Positions 9,163 through 19,583 of a DNA stretch of 64,000 nt are shown one piece after another. This DNA is from Bacilli bacterium (GTDB lineage: Bacteria; Bacillota_I; Bacilli_A; RF39; UBA660): the NCBI GenBank assembly GCA_028694645.1, contig JAQVKM010000003.1, positions 1,297 to 65,296 on the forward strand, written 5' to 3'. The position numbers and the translations under genes were made by a program. Below the pieces are notes generated by a model. The model had not been told where the DNA came from. It did not search any database and saw only the letters and a program-made list of their open reading frames with translations. Position 1 is the first letter of the stretch. Every line of letters starts with the position of its first letter.

Positions 9163-10068
9163 ATGATTATAAGATTAGGATATGTAGGTATGAGTAAAAC
9201 TTTAAGTAATATTACGCCATCTTCAACATATACTTATACTAATTTTATTAAAAACAATGATTACAATAAATTAAATGAAGTAATTATATCTAATTTAGAG
9301 GCTTTAAATAATTTAATTGATTATAATATTAAAAATAATGTTCATTTTTTTAGATTAACTTCTAAATTAATTCCACTAGCTACTAAAAAAGAAGTACAAT
9401 TTGATTATATAAATAAATATAAAAAATATTATGATGAAATATCTGATAAAATTATAAAAAATAATATGCGCATTGATTTTCATCCTGATCAATTTACTAT
9501 ATTAAATAGTACTAAAAAAGAGGTAGTTGAAGATTCTATTGAAATACTTAAGTATCACTATAACATATTAGATGCTTTAAAAATAAAAAATAAAATTATT
9601 ATTTTACATGTTGGAAGTTCTGTATTAGGAAAAGAAAATGCTATTAAAAGATTTATTAATAATTTTAAAAAATTACCTGATTATTTAAAAGATTCTATAG
9701 TTATTGAAAATGATGATAAAATTTTTAATATTGATGATTGTTTAAAAATAAATAAAGAAATCAATATTCCTATTGTTTTAGATTATCATCATCATATATG
9801 TAATAATGAAAACGATATAATAAATCATATTGAAGATGTTTTTAATACATGGGAAAGTATTAATCCTAAAATACATTTTTCAACTTCTAAAAGTAAATTA
9901 AAAAAAGAGATTAGAAGTCACCATGAATATATTAACAGTGATGATTTTATCTTCTTTTTAGAAAAAATAAAACATTTAAATTATGATGTCGATATTATGA
10001 TAGAAGCTAAAGGAAAAGATGATGCTGTATTTAGATTAATTAGAGAACTTAAATATAAAACCAATTAA
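9163..10068 (+). CDS. uvsE: UV DNA damage endonuclease (UvdE/UvsE)
   Basis: MIIRLGYV at the N-terminus, FHPDQFT, IENDDK, LDYHHH, IRSHHEY and IMIEAKGKD match conserved UvsE (B. subtilis YwjD) motifs along the whole length. Confidence 0.85.
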   Translation: MIIRLGYVGMSKTLSNITPSSTYTYTNFIKNNDYNKLNEVIISNLEALNNLIDYNIKNNVHFFRLTSKLIPLATKKEVQFDYINKYKKYYDEISDKIIKNNMRIDFHPDQFTILNSTKKEVVEDSIEILKYHYNILDALKIKNKIIILHVGSSVLGKENAIKRFINNFKKLPDYLKDSIVIENDDKIFNIDDCLKINKEINIPIVLDYHHHICNNENDIINHIEDVFNTWESINPKIHFSTSKSKLKKEIRSHHEYINSDDFIFFLEKIKHLNYDVDIMIEAKGKDDAVFRLIRELKYKTN

Positions 10069-10157
10069 CAATTTATTGATGAAACTACTTTTATTATTTA
10101 AATATTGTAATTTATTTATTTTTTGATATAATATTAATCATTTAAGGGGGATATATT

Positions 10158-10940
10158 ATGATTTCAGACATAATTAAATCAAAAAGAAAAAAACTTAATT
10201 TATCTCAAAAAGAATTATCTAAATTAACTCAATTATCACTTCAAGAAATAATTAATTTAGAGCAAGTTGAAACTACTTTTATCAATAATGAAGTTTATAC
10301 AAAAATTAAAGATATTTTGTCTTTAGATCATGATTTTAAAAATAAATATGTATCCAAACATATAAGTTATAGTGTAATAATTAAGAAAAAAAGAATTGAA
10401 AAAAATTTAACAATTGCTCAACTTTCTAAACTAGTTAATATTCAAAGATCATTTTTATATAAAATAGAAGCTAATGTTTTTAAAAAATTAAATTATCAAA
10501 CTTATTTAAAATTAAAACCTGTACTAGATTTAAACGATGAAGAATTTAGACCTTTTTTATTAACTAATGATGAATTAAATAATGATTTTATTATAAGTAA
10601 AGAATTTGGTAAATTAGTAAGACAAAAAAGAAAACAATTAAATTTTTCTCAAAGAGATTTAGCTTTAAAATGTAATATTGATCATACATTAATAAGTAAA
10701 ATAGAAAATAATAATGCAAGTATTACTTTTAAAGCAGCTTATAAAATAATGATTGCCTTAAAATTTGAAAAAATAGAAATTCAAAAATTTTGTCCAACTA
10801 TTAATGAAAAAAATTATTTGTTTTCAATAATCTTTAATAATTTAAATAATGAAAATGAAAAAAGCACATTACTTGAAACTGAAATTTTTTTACAAAATGA
10901 TAAAGTTAAAACTAAAGTTAAAAAAAACAACATTTATTAA
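10158..10940 (+). CDS. XRE-family transcriptional regulator with three tandem HTH (Cro/C1-type) domains
   Basis: Three repeats of the K(R)KKLNLSQKELS...(I)E pattern occur at about residues 8-35, 77-104 and 157-184. A TGnTATAAT-like extended -10 (tgatataat) lies about 25 nt upstream. Confidence 0.6.
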   Translation: MISDIIKSKRKKLNLSQKELSKLTQLSLQEIINLEQVETTFINNEVYTKIKDILSLDHDFKNKYVSKHISYSVIIKKKRIEKNLTIAQLSKLVNIQRSFLYKIEANVFKKLNYQTYLKLKPVLDLNDEEFRPFLLTNDELNNDFIISKEFGKLVRQKRKQLNFSQRDLALKCNIDHTLISKIENNNASITFKAAYKIMIALKFEKIEIQKFCPTINEKNYLFSIIFNNLNNENEKSTLLETEIFLQNDKVKTKVKKNNIY

Positions 10941-10953
10941 TGTTGTTTTTATA

Positions 10954-11670
10954 TTATCCCCAAGGTATATCTTTAGGATCTGTTCTTTTTTCATTGATTA
11001 TTTCATCAACTATTTTACCACTATTCATTTTAATAATTTTATCCCCAATTAAAGCAATTCCTGGATTATGAGTAACAATTATTAAAGTTGTATCATATTT
11101 GTTATTAGCTTCAACTAATGATTGTAAAACAACTTTTCCTGTTTTTTCATCTAATGCTCCTGTTGGTTCATCACAAAACATTACTTTTGGTTTTTTAGCT
11201 AGAGCTCTTGCTATAGAAACTCTTTGTTGTTCTCCACCAGATAATTGATGCATATATTTTTTTTCATGTTGCTTTAGTCCAACTGTTTCAATTATAGAAT
11301 GAACATCTACTTTTTTTCTTCCTAAACTAGATCCTACTAAAACATTTTCATATACATTTAGATGCTCTAACAAATTATATGTTTGAAAAATAAAACCCAA
11401 GTTTCTTTTTCTAAATTTAGTCATTTTAGAATCACTATATTTAGATATATCTTTGTTTTCATATAATATTTTACTATTTTTATTTTTATCTATTTTATCT
11501 AATCCTGAAACAAGATTAAGTAATGTTGTTTTTCCCCCACCACTAGCTCCTAAGATAACAAGTATTTCCCCTTTTTTTATATTTAAACTTACATTATCTA
11601 AAGCTTTAGTTGGTACTTTTCCAACATAATAAGATTTTGTAATATTTTTAATTTCAATTATATTTTCCAT
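10954..11670 (-). CDS. ABC transporter ATP-binding protein (MacB/FtsE-like NBD)
   Basis: Walker A GASGGGKTT, Q-loop, signature LSGGEQQRVSIARAL, Walker B MFCDEPT, H-loop VTHN. Confidence 0.85.
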   Translation of the reverse strand: MENIIEIKNITKSYYVGKVPTKALDNVSLNIKKGEILVILGASGGGKTTLLNLVSGLDKIDKNKNSKILYENKDISKYSDSKMTKFRKRNLGFIFQTYNLLEHLNVYENVLVGSSLGRKKVDVHSIIETVGLKQHEKKYMHQLSGGEQQRVSIARALAKKPKVMFCDEPTGALDEKTGKVVLQSLVEANNKYDTTLIIVTHNPGIALIGDKIIKMNSGKIVDEIINEKRTDPKDIPWG

Positions 11671-11677
11671 TTTGTAC

Positions 11678-14221
11678 CTACTCTCTTTTTAATGCTATAG
11701 CTAAAGGAATTTTATTTAATACTTTTTTAGATAATGAAATAGCTATATAATATGCTATTAATAATCCAAGTAATCCTAAAGCTGCAAGTGATGGTGTTAT
11801 TTGTATTGGAATAGTCATTTCAATGTCTTTAGTTAAAGCAGAAACGATGCTTTCTAATATTTTAATAGTAACCGGTATTGAAAGTAAATATGCTATTACA
11901 ATAAAAGGTGTATAAATGTTTAAAACAATATTGCTTATCTTTTTATTTTTATATCCCATTACTTTCATTAAAGAAATTGTTTTTTTATTTTCTTCTACTA
12001 CTATATTAGCTATAACAGCTATAATAACTAAAGCCATAATGCTAGCAAAAATAATAATTATATAAATACTTCCATTGAAGCGATCCATTTGTTTCATTAT
12101 ATTATCTTTTAATTCTTCTAGATTAATAACATAAGCTATTTGTTGTTGTTCTTCTTCTTTTAAATCACTAATATTATTATATTTATCATCATCAGAATAT
12201 ATCATATTATAAGCATTTCCTTGTAATCCAAGTTTATTACTTAAATCACTTCTTAATACATAAGCTGAATAACCCATATATTCTTCTGAAAAACCTGCTA
12301 TTTCATATTCTAAAGTTATATCTTCATAAGACAACTCTATAATATAACCTATTTCTAAATTTAATAGTTTTTTAGCATTTTGATTTACGATTATTTTGTT
12401 TGTTGTTAAATTTGATATTATGTTTTTATTATTATCATCTAATATTTCTAAATAATTACTTGCTGTATCAGTTCCTATTATACTAAAAGAAGTATCTTCT
12501 TTTATTTCAACATTCTCACCATTTATTTTTTTTATGTTTTTTACTTCTAAATTCATATTTAAAATATAATCTTTATTTTCAGTATTGTTTTGTTCAAATC
12601 CTACTGAATTTGTATAAATCATATATTTATATTTCATTCCTGAAAAAGATTCTTTTATAACATTACTAAATAAATTAGAACCAATTAAAACTAAAATAAT
12701 TAACATTCCCGTACAAAATGAAGTTATTGATACTAAAAATAATTTACCGATTGAACGAAAAGCTAATGAATATTTAAATCGATATTCGAATTTAAAAATA
12801 CTTGTTATTTTATTAATTAATTTAGTAAATATATTTATTTTTAAATTACTACCTTCTTTAAGTAAAGAAAGTGGTTTTTTTCTTAGCATTATAATAGCTA
12901 TTAAATAGCTTAAAATTGATAATGTTATCATTGGAATTAATACTGAATTTTTTAAATAAGTTAAATTGAAAATGTAATTTTCAAGTGGTACATTATAAAA
13001 ACTTAAATATATTGTAGCTATGGGTTTATTAACTGATATTCCAATTAAATAACCTAACAAGCCACCTATTAATGATCCTATAATAGGATAAACTAAATAA
13101 CTTGTTGCAATACTATATTTATTATATCCTAATGATTTTAATACACCTATTTGTAATCTTTCATCATCAATTCTTTTTTTAGTTATAATCATAATGATAA
13201 CTACTGATATTCCAAGTAATACATATAAAAAATAATCAGCAAATAAACGATCTGTACTAAATTCTAATTGTACTGCACCAATTCTTCCTATTCTTGTAAA
13301 AGTATTATAATCAAATGATATATTATTCTCATTAAATATTTTGAAAATACTATTTTCTGTTTTTAAATCATTAATATCCTGATTTGAATTCAATTCAAAT
13401 TCTCTTTTTATTTCACCATTATATTTAATTGCAAATGAATTGTCATTTATTCCAATAACTTTTTCATATGCTGTTTGATTCATAAAAACAATGTTATTTG
13501 TTTTTTCATCAAATATAGGCATACTAAATGAAATTAGTGGATAAATGTAATCTGGAGCATAAGTGAAACCAACTATTTCATATGTGTTATCCCCTATTTT
13601 ATAGCTATCACCTATATTTATTTTATTTACTTTTGCGTATCCAGGTAAAATAGTTATTTCATTTTCATTTTTTGGATATCTTCCATCAACTAAATAAGTT
13701 TTATTTATTTCATTATTATCATCATATAAAATTACTTTTATTAAATTATCATCTTCACTTATTATTTTTGATAATTCTAATTCATAATCAAAATCATATT
13801 TAGTTGATATATTACTTAATATATTCATCTTGATTTTATTTAAAACATTATATTTTGTAAATATATTTTCTAAAGCAACTTTTGTTGATAAAGGTAATTC
13901 CATTGTTTTATTATTTAAATAATTAATGTAATAGTTCAAGATTTCTTTTTCTTCTGATGTAGCATTACTTAATTCATTATTCAAATAACTATTCATATGT
14001 TCAATTGTAATATCATTTTCATAATTTACATTTACAGCTACACTAATATCTTCTACATTTTGATCATTTAGATAATCATAATATTTATCTTCTAAACGAT
14101 CTATTGCTGTATTCATCCCAGTATAAATGGCTGTTGAAAGCATAACCATTATAATTATTCCAAACATTTGAACTTTTTTCTTTTTAAGTCCTTTTAAAGA
14201 ATTAATTAAAAGTAATTTCAT
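11678..14221 (-). CDS. ABC transporter permease, fused tandem FtsX-type (MacB/BceB-like), 847 aa
   Basis: It has an N-terminal TM segment, then a roughly 300-aa extracytoplasmic domain and a 3-4 TM FtsX bundle, then a second extracytoplasmic domain and a second FtsX-like bundle. Translationally adjacent NBD genes flank it on both sides. Confidence 0.75.
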   Translation of the reverse strand: MKLLLINSLKGLKKKKVQMFGIIIMVMLSTAIYTGMNTAIDRLEDKYYDYLNDQNVEDISVAVNVNYENDITIEHMNSYLNNELSNATSEEKEILNYYINYLNNKTMELPLSTKVALENIFTKYNVLNKIKMNILSNISTKYDFDYELELSKIISEDDNLIKVILYDDNNEINKTYLVDGRYPKNENEITILPGYAKVNKINIGDSYKIGDNTYEIVGFTYAPDYIYPLISFSMPIFDEKTNNIVFMNQTAYEKVIGINDNSFAIKYNGEIKREFELNSNQDINDLKTENSIFKIFNENNISFDYNTFTRIGRIGAVQLEFSTDRLFADYFLYVLLGISVVIIMIITKKRIDDERLQIGVLKSLGYNKYSIATSYLVYPIIGSLIGGLLGYLIGISVNKPIATIYLSFYNVPLENYIFNLTYLKNSVLIPMITLSILSYLIAIIMLRKKPLSLLKEGSNLKINIFTKLINKITSIFKFEYRFKYSLAFRSIGKLFLVSITSFCTGMLIILVLIGSNLFSNVIKESFSGMKYKYMIYTNSVGFEQNNTENKDYILNMNLEVKNIKKINGENVEIKEDTSFSIIGTDTASNYLEILDDNNKNIISNLTTNKIIVNQNAKKLLNLEIGYIIELSYEDITLEYEIAGFSEEYMGYSAYVLRSDLSNKLGLQGNAYNMIYSDDDKYNNISDLKEEEQQQIAYVINLEELKDNIMKQMDRFNGSIYIIIIFASIMALVIIAVIANIVVEENKKTISLMKVMGYKNKKISNIVLNIYTPFIVIAYLLSIPVTIKILESIVSALTKDIEMTIPIQITPSLAALGLLGLLIAYYIAISLSKKVLNKIPLAIALKRE

Positions 14222-14926
14222 TTACGCCCACCTCAAATCGTTTGCATCTTTTGTTTCTTTATTTTGTATTAATTCTACTATTTTACCACTATTCATTTTT
14301 ATAACAGTGTTAGCCATTAAGGCTATAGAAGGATTATGAGTTACAATAATAATTGTTGTATTGTATTTTTCATTTATTTTTTGTAATAAAGATAATACCT
14401 TTTTACCTGTTTCTTCATCTAATGCTCCTGTTGGTTCATCACAAAATAAAACTTTTGGATTTTTAGCTAAAGCTCGTGCAATAGCTACTCTTTGCATTTG
14501 TCCACCAGATAATTGATATGGATATTTGTTTTTATGATTCATTAATTCTACTTCTTTTATAAGTTCATCAATATTTAATGGATTACTAGATAAATGAGCT
14601 CCTAATTCAATATTCTCTTTTATATTTAAATTGGGAATCAAGTTATAACTTTGAAAAATAAATCCCAAATTATCTTTTCTATAATCTGTTAATTTTTCTT
14701 CACTTAATTTATCTATTCTTACATCTTTAAAAGATATAATTCCTTTTGTTGGTTTATCTATACCAGATAAAATATTTAACATAGTACTTTTACCACTACC
14801 ACTTGGACCTAATATAACACATATTTTACCTTCTTCTATTTCTAAATCTATATCATTTAATGCATGATTTTCCACTTCTGAAATAGTATATGTTTTATAT
14901 ATATTTTTTAATTTATAAATAATCAT
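14222..14926 (-). CDS. ABC transporter ATP-binding protein (second NBD of the same operon)
   Basis: Walker A GPSGSGKST, signature LSGGQMQRVAIARAL, Walker B LFCDEPT, VTHN. Its stop abuts the permease start. Confidence 0.85.
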   Translation of the reverse strand: MIIYKLKNIYKTYTISEVENHALNDIDLEIEEGKICVILGPSGSGKSTMLNILSGIDKPTKGIISFKDVRIDKLSEEKLTDYRKDNLGFIFQSYNLIPNLNIKENIELGAHLSSNPLNIDELIKEVELMNHKNKYPYQLSGGQMQRVAIARALAKNPKVLFCDEPTGALDEETGKKVLSLLQKINEKYNTTIIIVTHNPSIALMANTVIKMNSGKIVELIQNKETKDANDLRWA

Positions 14927-15030
14927 ATTATCACTCCTTTTACATTATAAGACTTAATTAATTATAACACAAATTTTAATTATTATGTCTTTATTTATAT
15001 ATTACTATATATTTTGTTTATTTCCTTTTT

Positions 15031-15070
15031 TAAAAAAAGATACTAACTAAAATTTAGTTAATATCTTAAA
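15031..15070 (-). terminator. Terminator hairpin downstream of the small membrane-protein gene
   Basis: A 13-bp imperfect inverted repeat (gatactaactaaa / tttagttaatatc) is followed by a T7 run on the minus strand. Confidence 0.45.
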
Positions 15071-15088
15071 TTATTTAATATATAAATC

Positions 15089-15460
15089 TTATTTTCCTTC
15101 TTTTAACATAATAAAAGGCCATATAATTATATAAAGTAACATAACTATAAATAATACCCATCCAACAATTGGTACTATTAAACAAACAATCCAAGTATAT
15201 GGTGTATTATATAATTCTTTGCCTGGCACATCAAGTGAGGCAGCTACTTTACAAGTCATTTGAATCATGAAAATTATTAACATTATTAAAGCTGGAAAGA
15301 ATAAACACATAATTCCAAGCATCCAATATTTATAATTATAATACCATGCTTTTTTATCATATAAACGCATTAAATATGCTAAAACAAAAATAAATGTTCC
15401 TTGACTAATAATCATAAGTATAAAACAAATAAACCAATTTTCTTTTTTTAATAAACTCAT
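15089..15460 (-). CDS. Hypothetical small polytopic membrane protein (123 aa)
   Basis: Four predicted TM helices and no recognisable motif. It sits between mutS and the ABC operon. Confidence 0.35.
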   Translation of the reverse strand: MSLLKKENWFICFILMIISQGTFIFVLAYLMRLYDKKAWYYNYKYWMLGIMCLFFPALIMLIIFMIQMTCKVAASLDVPGKELYNTPYTWIVCLIVPIVGWVLFIVMLLYIIIWPFIMLKEGK

Positions 15461-15468
15461 AAAGCCTC

Positions 15469-18018
15469 CTATTTTATTTTTTCTTTCAAATTATATAATA
15501 TATTCATAGCTTCAATAGGTGATATTTCTAAAATATTAATTTTTTCTAATTCTTCTTCTAAATTAGATTTTTTATTTATAATTAATTCATCTATTGGTAA
15601 GCTTTCTTGTATTTTTTTATCTCTTTTTATTTCTTGCTTTTCATATATTTCCAATATTTCATTAGCTCTTTTTATTAAATTGTCAGGTAAATTAGCTAAT
15701 TTAGCTACATGAATACCATAACTTTTATCGATGCTTCCTGGTTTGATTTTATGTAAAAAAGTAATGTTTCCATTTTCTTCTATAGCACTAACATGAACAT
15801 TTCTAAGTGACTTTAGAGTTTGATCTAAATCTGTCAATTCATGATAATGTGTTGAAAATAAAGTTTTGCATTTTATATTTTTTTCAATATATTCAATTAT
15901 CGATTGAGCTAAAGCCATTCCATCAAATGTAGCAGTTCCTCTACCTAATTCATCAAATAATATCAAACTATTTTCAGTAGCATTTAAAATAGCATTGGCT
16001 GCTTCATTCATTTCGACCATAAATGTTGATTCTCCACTAACCAAATCATCACTAGCTCCAATACGAGTAAATATTGCATCAAATATAGGCATTGAAGCTT
16101 TACTTGCTGGAATGAAACATCCAATTTGTGCCATTATTATTGTTACCGCAAGTTGTCTCATATATGTTGATTTACCGGCCATATTTGGTCCTGTAATTAA
16201 TAATATATTTGTTTTTTCATCCATTATAACATCATTTGCAACAAATTCATTTTCAATTACTTTTTCTACTACTGGATGTCTATTATTAATTATTTCTAAA
16301 TTTTTTTCATTATTTAATGTTGGTCGAACATAATTATTTTCTTCGACAACTGTTGTAAAACTTTGTAAAACATCTATTTCACTTAATATTTTAGCTATTT
16401 CTTGTAATTTAGGAATATATTCTTTTATTTTATCTCTTATTTCAATAAATAAATTATATTCTAGTTCTATTATTTTTTCTTCAGCATTTAGTATTAAGGC
16501 TTCTTTTTCTTTTAAAACAGGACTTATATATCTTTCACAATTAGCTAAAGTTTGTCTTCTTTCATATCCATATTCATCTTTAATTAAATCAATATTTCCT
16601 TTAGATATCTCTATATAATATCCAAATATTCTATTATATCCAATTTTTAAATTTTTTATGCCTGTTTTTTCTTTTTCTTGATTTTCAAATGTAGCTACAA
16701 AATCTTTTCCACCTTTTCTTAATTTTTTTAATTCATCTAATTCATCATTATATTTATCTTTAATAATATATCCTTCTTTTATTGATATAGGAGGATTTTC
16801 ATGAATACTTTTTTCTAATAAATCATATAAATCATTTATTGGCTCTATATTTTTATAAAAATTGATTTTAGTTAATATTTCTTTTATGTCTGGTAAAACT
16901 TTTAAAGAATTTTTAAGTTGTAATAAATCTCTTGCATTAGCAGACCCAAAAGCTATTTTGCCACTCAATCTTTCTAAGTCATATACTTCATATAATAGTT
17001 TTTCTAAATCATCTTTTAAAATAAATTCTTTAAGTAGAATATCTATCATATCATATCTTTTTTCTATTTCTTTTACATCTATTAAGGGATTTTCTATCAT
17101 GTTTTTTAACATACGAGAACCCATAGCTGTTTTAGTTTTATCTAATAACCAAATAAGAGAATAATTTCTTTGTTTTAATCTTAATGTTTCAGTTAATTCT
17201 AAATTTCTTTTAGTATGTATATCCATTCTTAAATGTTTCTTTTTTTCTTTTATTTCAACTTTTCTTAAATGTGATAAATTTCTTTTTTGAGTATTATTTA
17301 TATATGTTAATAAATGCTTTAATGTTTCTATAATTCTTACATCCCCAATATCTTCATATATATATTCATATTCTTTTATTTGATTTATTTCATTTGCTAT
17401 AGTTATTACTATTTTAAATTGATTTTTTAATATTGATGTAACTGTTTTATCAAATCTTTCGTTTACAACTATCTCTTTTATTCCAATACTTACTATTTCA
17501 CTTATAAGTAATGATATATTGTGTTCTATTATTTCAGTTTTTATTTCTCCAGTTGATATATCTGTATAACTAATGACAAAAGCATGATTAAAATCCATTA
17601 CATTTCCGATATAATTATTTTCATATTCATTAAGTGATTCATCATTTATAATTGTTCCCTTACTAATTATTTGAACAATATCTCTTTTTACTATACCTTT
17701 TACATTTCTAGGATCTTCTAATTGTTCACAAATACCAATTTTATAACCTCTTTCAACTAATTTTTCAATATATATATTAGAGGCATGATGAGGTATTCCA
17801 CACATTGGAATTTTTTCTTCTAATCCTGCACTTTTTCCTGTTAAAGTTAATTCTAATTCATGTGATACTAATATAGCATCTTCAAAAAACATTTCATAAA
17901 AATCACCTAATCTAAAAAAAAGTATGATGTCTTCATTTTTATCTTTTATTTCTAAATATTGTTGCATCATTGGAGTTATTTTTGTTCTATCTACATCTTG
18001 TCTATTCATAATATTCAC
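15469..18018 (-). CDS. mutS: DNA mismatch repair protein MutS
   Basis: An 849-aa protein. It has the N-terminal mismatch-binding domain (MQQYLEIK...FYEMFFEDA), a Walker A motif (GPNMAGKSTYMRQ), and a C-terminal dimerisation region. Confidence 0.95.
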   Translation of the reverse strand: MNIMNRQDVDRTKITPMMQQYLEIKDKNEDIILFFRLGDFYEMFFEDAILVSHELELTLTGKSAGLEEKIPMCGIPHHASNIYIEKLVERGYKIGICEQLEDPRNVKGIVKRDIVQIISKGTIINDESLNEYENNYIGNVMDFNHAFVISYTDISTGEIKTEIIEHNISLLISEIVSIGIKEIVVNERFDKTVTSILKNQFKIVITIANEINQIKEYEYIYEDIGDVRIIETLKHLLTYINNTQKRNLSHLRKVEIKEKKKHLRMDIHTKRNLELTETLRLKQRNYSLIWLLDKTKTAMGSRMLKNMIENPLIDVKEIEKRYDMIDILLKEFILKDDLEKLLYEVYDLERLSGKIAFGSANARDLLQLKNSLKVLPDIKEILTKINFYKNIEPINDLYDLLEKSIHENPPISIKEGYIIKDKYNDELDELKKLRKGGKDFVATFENQEKEKTGIKNLKIGYNRIFGYYIEISKGNIDLIKDEYGYERRQTLANCERYISPVLKEKEALILNAEEKIIELEYNLFIEIRDKIKEYIPKLQEIAKILSEIDVLQSFTTVVEENNYVRPTLNNEKNLEIINNRHPVVEKVIENEFVANDVIMDEKTNILLITGPNMAGKSTYMRQLAVTIIMAQIGCFIPASKASMPIFDAIFTRIGASDDLVSGESTFMVEMNEAANAILNATENSLILFDELGRGTATFDGMALAQSIIEYIEKNIKCKTLFSTHYHELTDLDQTLKSLRNVHVSAIEENGNITFLHKIKPGSIDKSYGIHVAKLANLPDNLIKRANEILEIYEKQEIKRDKKIQESLPIDELIINKKSNLEEELEKINILEISPIEAMNILYNLKEKIK

Positions 18019-18078
18019 CTATTACATATTTTATCAAAAAATAAAGAATAAGTCCATTATTTAAACTTATTCTAAATA

Positions 18079-19236
18079 TTATACTGCTATTTTTTCTCTT
18101 TGCGTTTCAATATGAATTCTTTGAACAACAGCAAGTGAACATATAAGTGAAAGCGTATATGAACCTCCATAAGATAAAAATGGTAGAGGTACTCCAGTAA
18201 GTGGCATAATACCAAACAATCCACCTAAATTTACTATTACATGTAAAAAAATATATATACCAATTCCATAACAAATATATCTTCCACTTAAGCTACTTGT
18301 TCTACTAGCTAATTTAAATATTCTCAAAATTACTAATAAATATCCTAAAAAGATAAATGTACATATTACAAAACCGTATTCTTCAGATATAATAGCAAAA
18401 ACACTATCTGTATGAGACTCTGGAATATAAGATACTTGTTTGGAATTACCAATACCTACTCCAAGTAATCCTCCATCATTAATGGCTATAAAACCGTTAC
18501 ATATCTGATATCCTCCTTCATAATAATCTGAACAAGGATTAAAAAAATTAAAACGTGCTAATTGATCTTTAGTAAGAATACTACCTGTTTTCATTAATAA
18601 AAATGATCCTATAATAAATAATAAAATAAATGACATAGATATAATTCTAAACTTATCTATTCTAAGTATTGGACTTGATAAAAATAATGATCCAAATATT
18701 AATACTAAAATAATTGTTGTTCCTAAATCTTTTTCTAAAAATACAATAACAGGATATAACATCCCAATAAATAGTATTATTCCTATTAAATCATAGTGAT
18801 TAATATTAGGTGCTCTTAATTTTTTATAGTATTTTTCAAATAGCAATGCTACTGCCATAATCATAATTGGTTTTGCAAATTCACTAGGTTGTAATGTTCC
18901 GAATCCAGGTATTTTTATCCAGTTTTGTGATCCATTATGAGATTCAACATATAACTTAACATATATTAACAATAATAAGAAAACAAAATAGAATAAAGCT
19001 ACCCAAAAAGGATATTTTTTAGTTGATTTTTTTAATATAAAAAATGATGCCACTATTCCTAAAAAAATAGATATTAATTGTTTATAAAAATAATTATATA
19101 GTGATGTATTATATCTAACTACTGCTGCTTTAGATGAAGCTGTTACAATATTTAGTAATCCAAAAACAAATAATGCAATAGTCACTATTAATAATACTTT
19201 ATCCATATCTTTTATTGCTTGTTTTATATATTTCAT
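18079..19236 (-). CDS. SEDS-family peptidoglycan glycosyltransferase (FtsW/RodA/SpoVE family)
   Basis: A 385-aa protein with about 10 TM helices. Conserved SEDS segments include GSKQVSYIPESHTDSVFAIISEEYGF and the C-terminal PLTGVPLPFLSYGGS. Confidence 0.85.
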   Translation of the reverse strand: MKYIKQAIKDMDKVLLIVTIALFVFGLLNIVTASSKAAVVRYNTSLYNYFYKQLISIFLGIVASFFILKKSTKKYPFWVALFYFVFLLLLIYVKLYVESHNGSQNWIKIPGFGTLQPSEFAKPIMIMAVALLFEKYYKKLRAPNINHYDLIGIILFIGMLYPVIVFLEKDLGTTIILVLIFGSLFLSSPILRIDKFRIISMSFILLFIIGSFLLMKTGSILTKDQLARFNFFNPCSDYYEGGYQICNGFIAINDGGLLGVGIGNSKQVSYIPESHTDSVFAIISEEYGFVICTFIFLGYLLVILRIFKLASRTSSLSGRYICYGIGIYIFLHVIVNLGGLFGIMPLTGVPLPFLSYGGSYTLSLICSLAVVQRIHIETQREKIAV

Positions 19237-19366
19237 ATTCTACCTCTATTAATATAATATCATAAATAGCATCTTTTTCAAATATTTATTAATTATTATG
19301 GGACATTTTATTAACCATATTTTTTTAATTTAATAAAATATATTAGAACTAGATAGGAGGGTGTTT

Positions 19367-19537
19367 ATGTATTACTATGGTGGATACCAAGGTTATGGTG
19401 GGGGCCAATGTGGTTGCAATCCATGTGGAGGTTATCCTGGATATGGATATGGTACTGGATATGGTGCTGCTATTATCTTAGTTCTATTTATTTTATTAGT
19501 TATTATCATAGGAGCTAGAAATTGGGATAGAAACTAG
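19367..19537 (+). CDS. YjcZ-family-like tiny sporulation membrane protein (56 aa), absent from the ORF track
   Basis: The RBS AGGAGG lies 7 nt upstream of the ATG. The translation is MYYYGGYQGYGGGQCGCNPCGGYPGYGYGTGYGAAIILVLFILLVIIIGARNWDRN: a Gly/Tyr/Cys-rich head plus a single C-terminal TM, as in the B. subtilis YjcZ tiny-TM family. A strong terminator follows. Confidence 0.55.
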   Translation: MYYYGGYQGYGGGQCGCNPCGGYPGYGYGTGYGAAIILVLFILLVIIIGARNWDRN

Positions 19538-19550
19538 TTTATAGCTGAAT

Positions 19551-19583
19551 AAAAACTCTATCTTTTGATAGAGTTTTATTATT
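19551..19583. terminator. Bidirectional rho-independent terminator between convergent genes
   Basis: aaaactctatc-tttt-gatagagtttt has an A-run 5' and a T-run 3'. It lies between the YjcZ-like ORF (+) and the ABC gene ending at 19582 (-). Confidence 0.7.
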
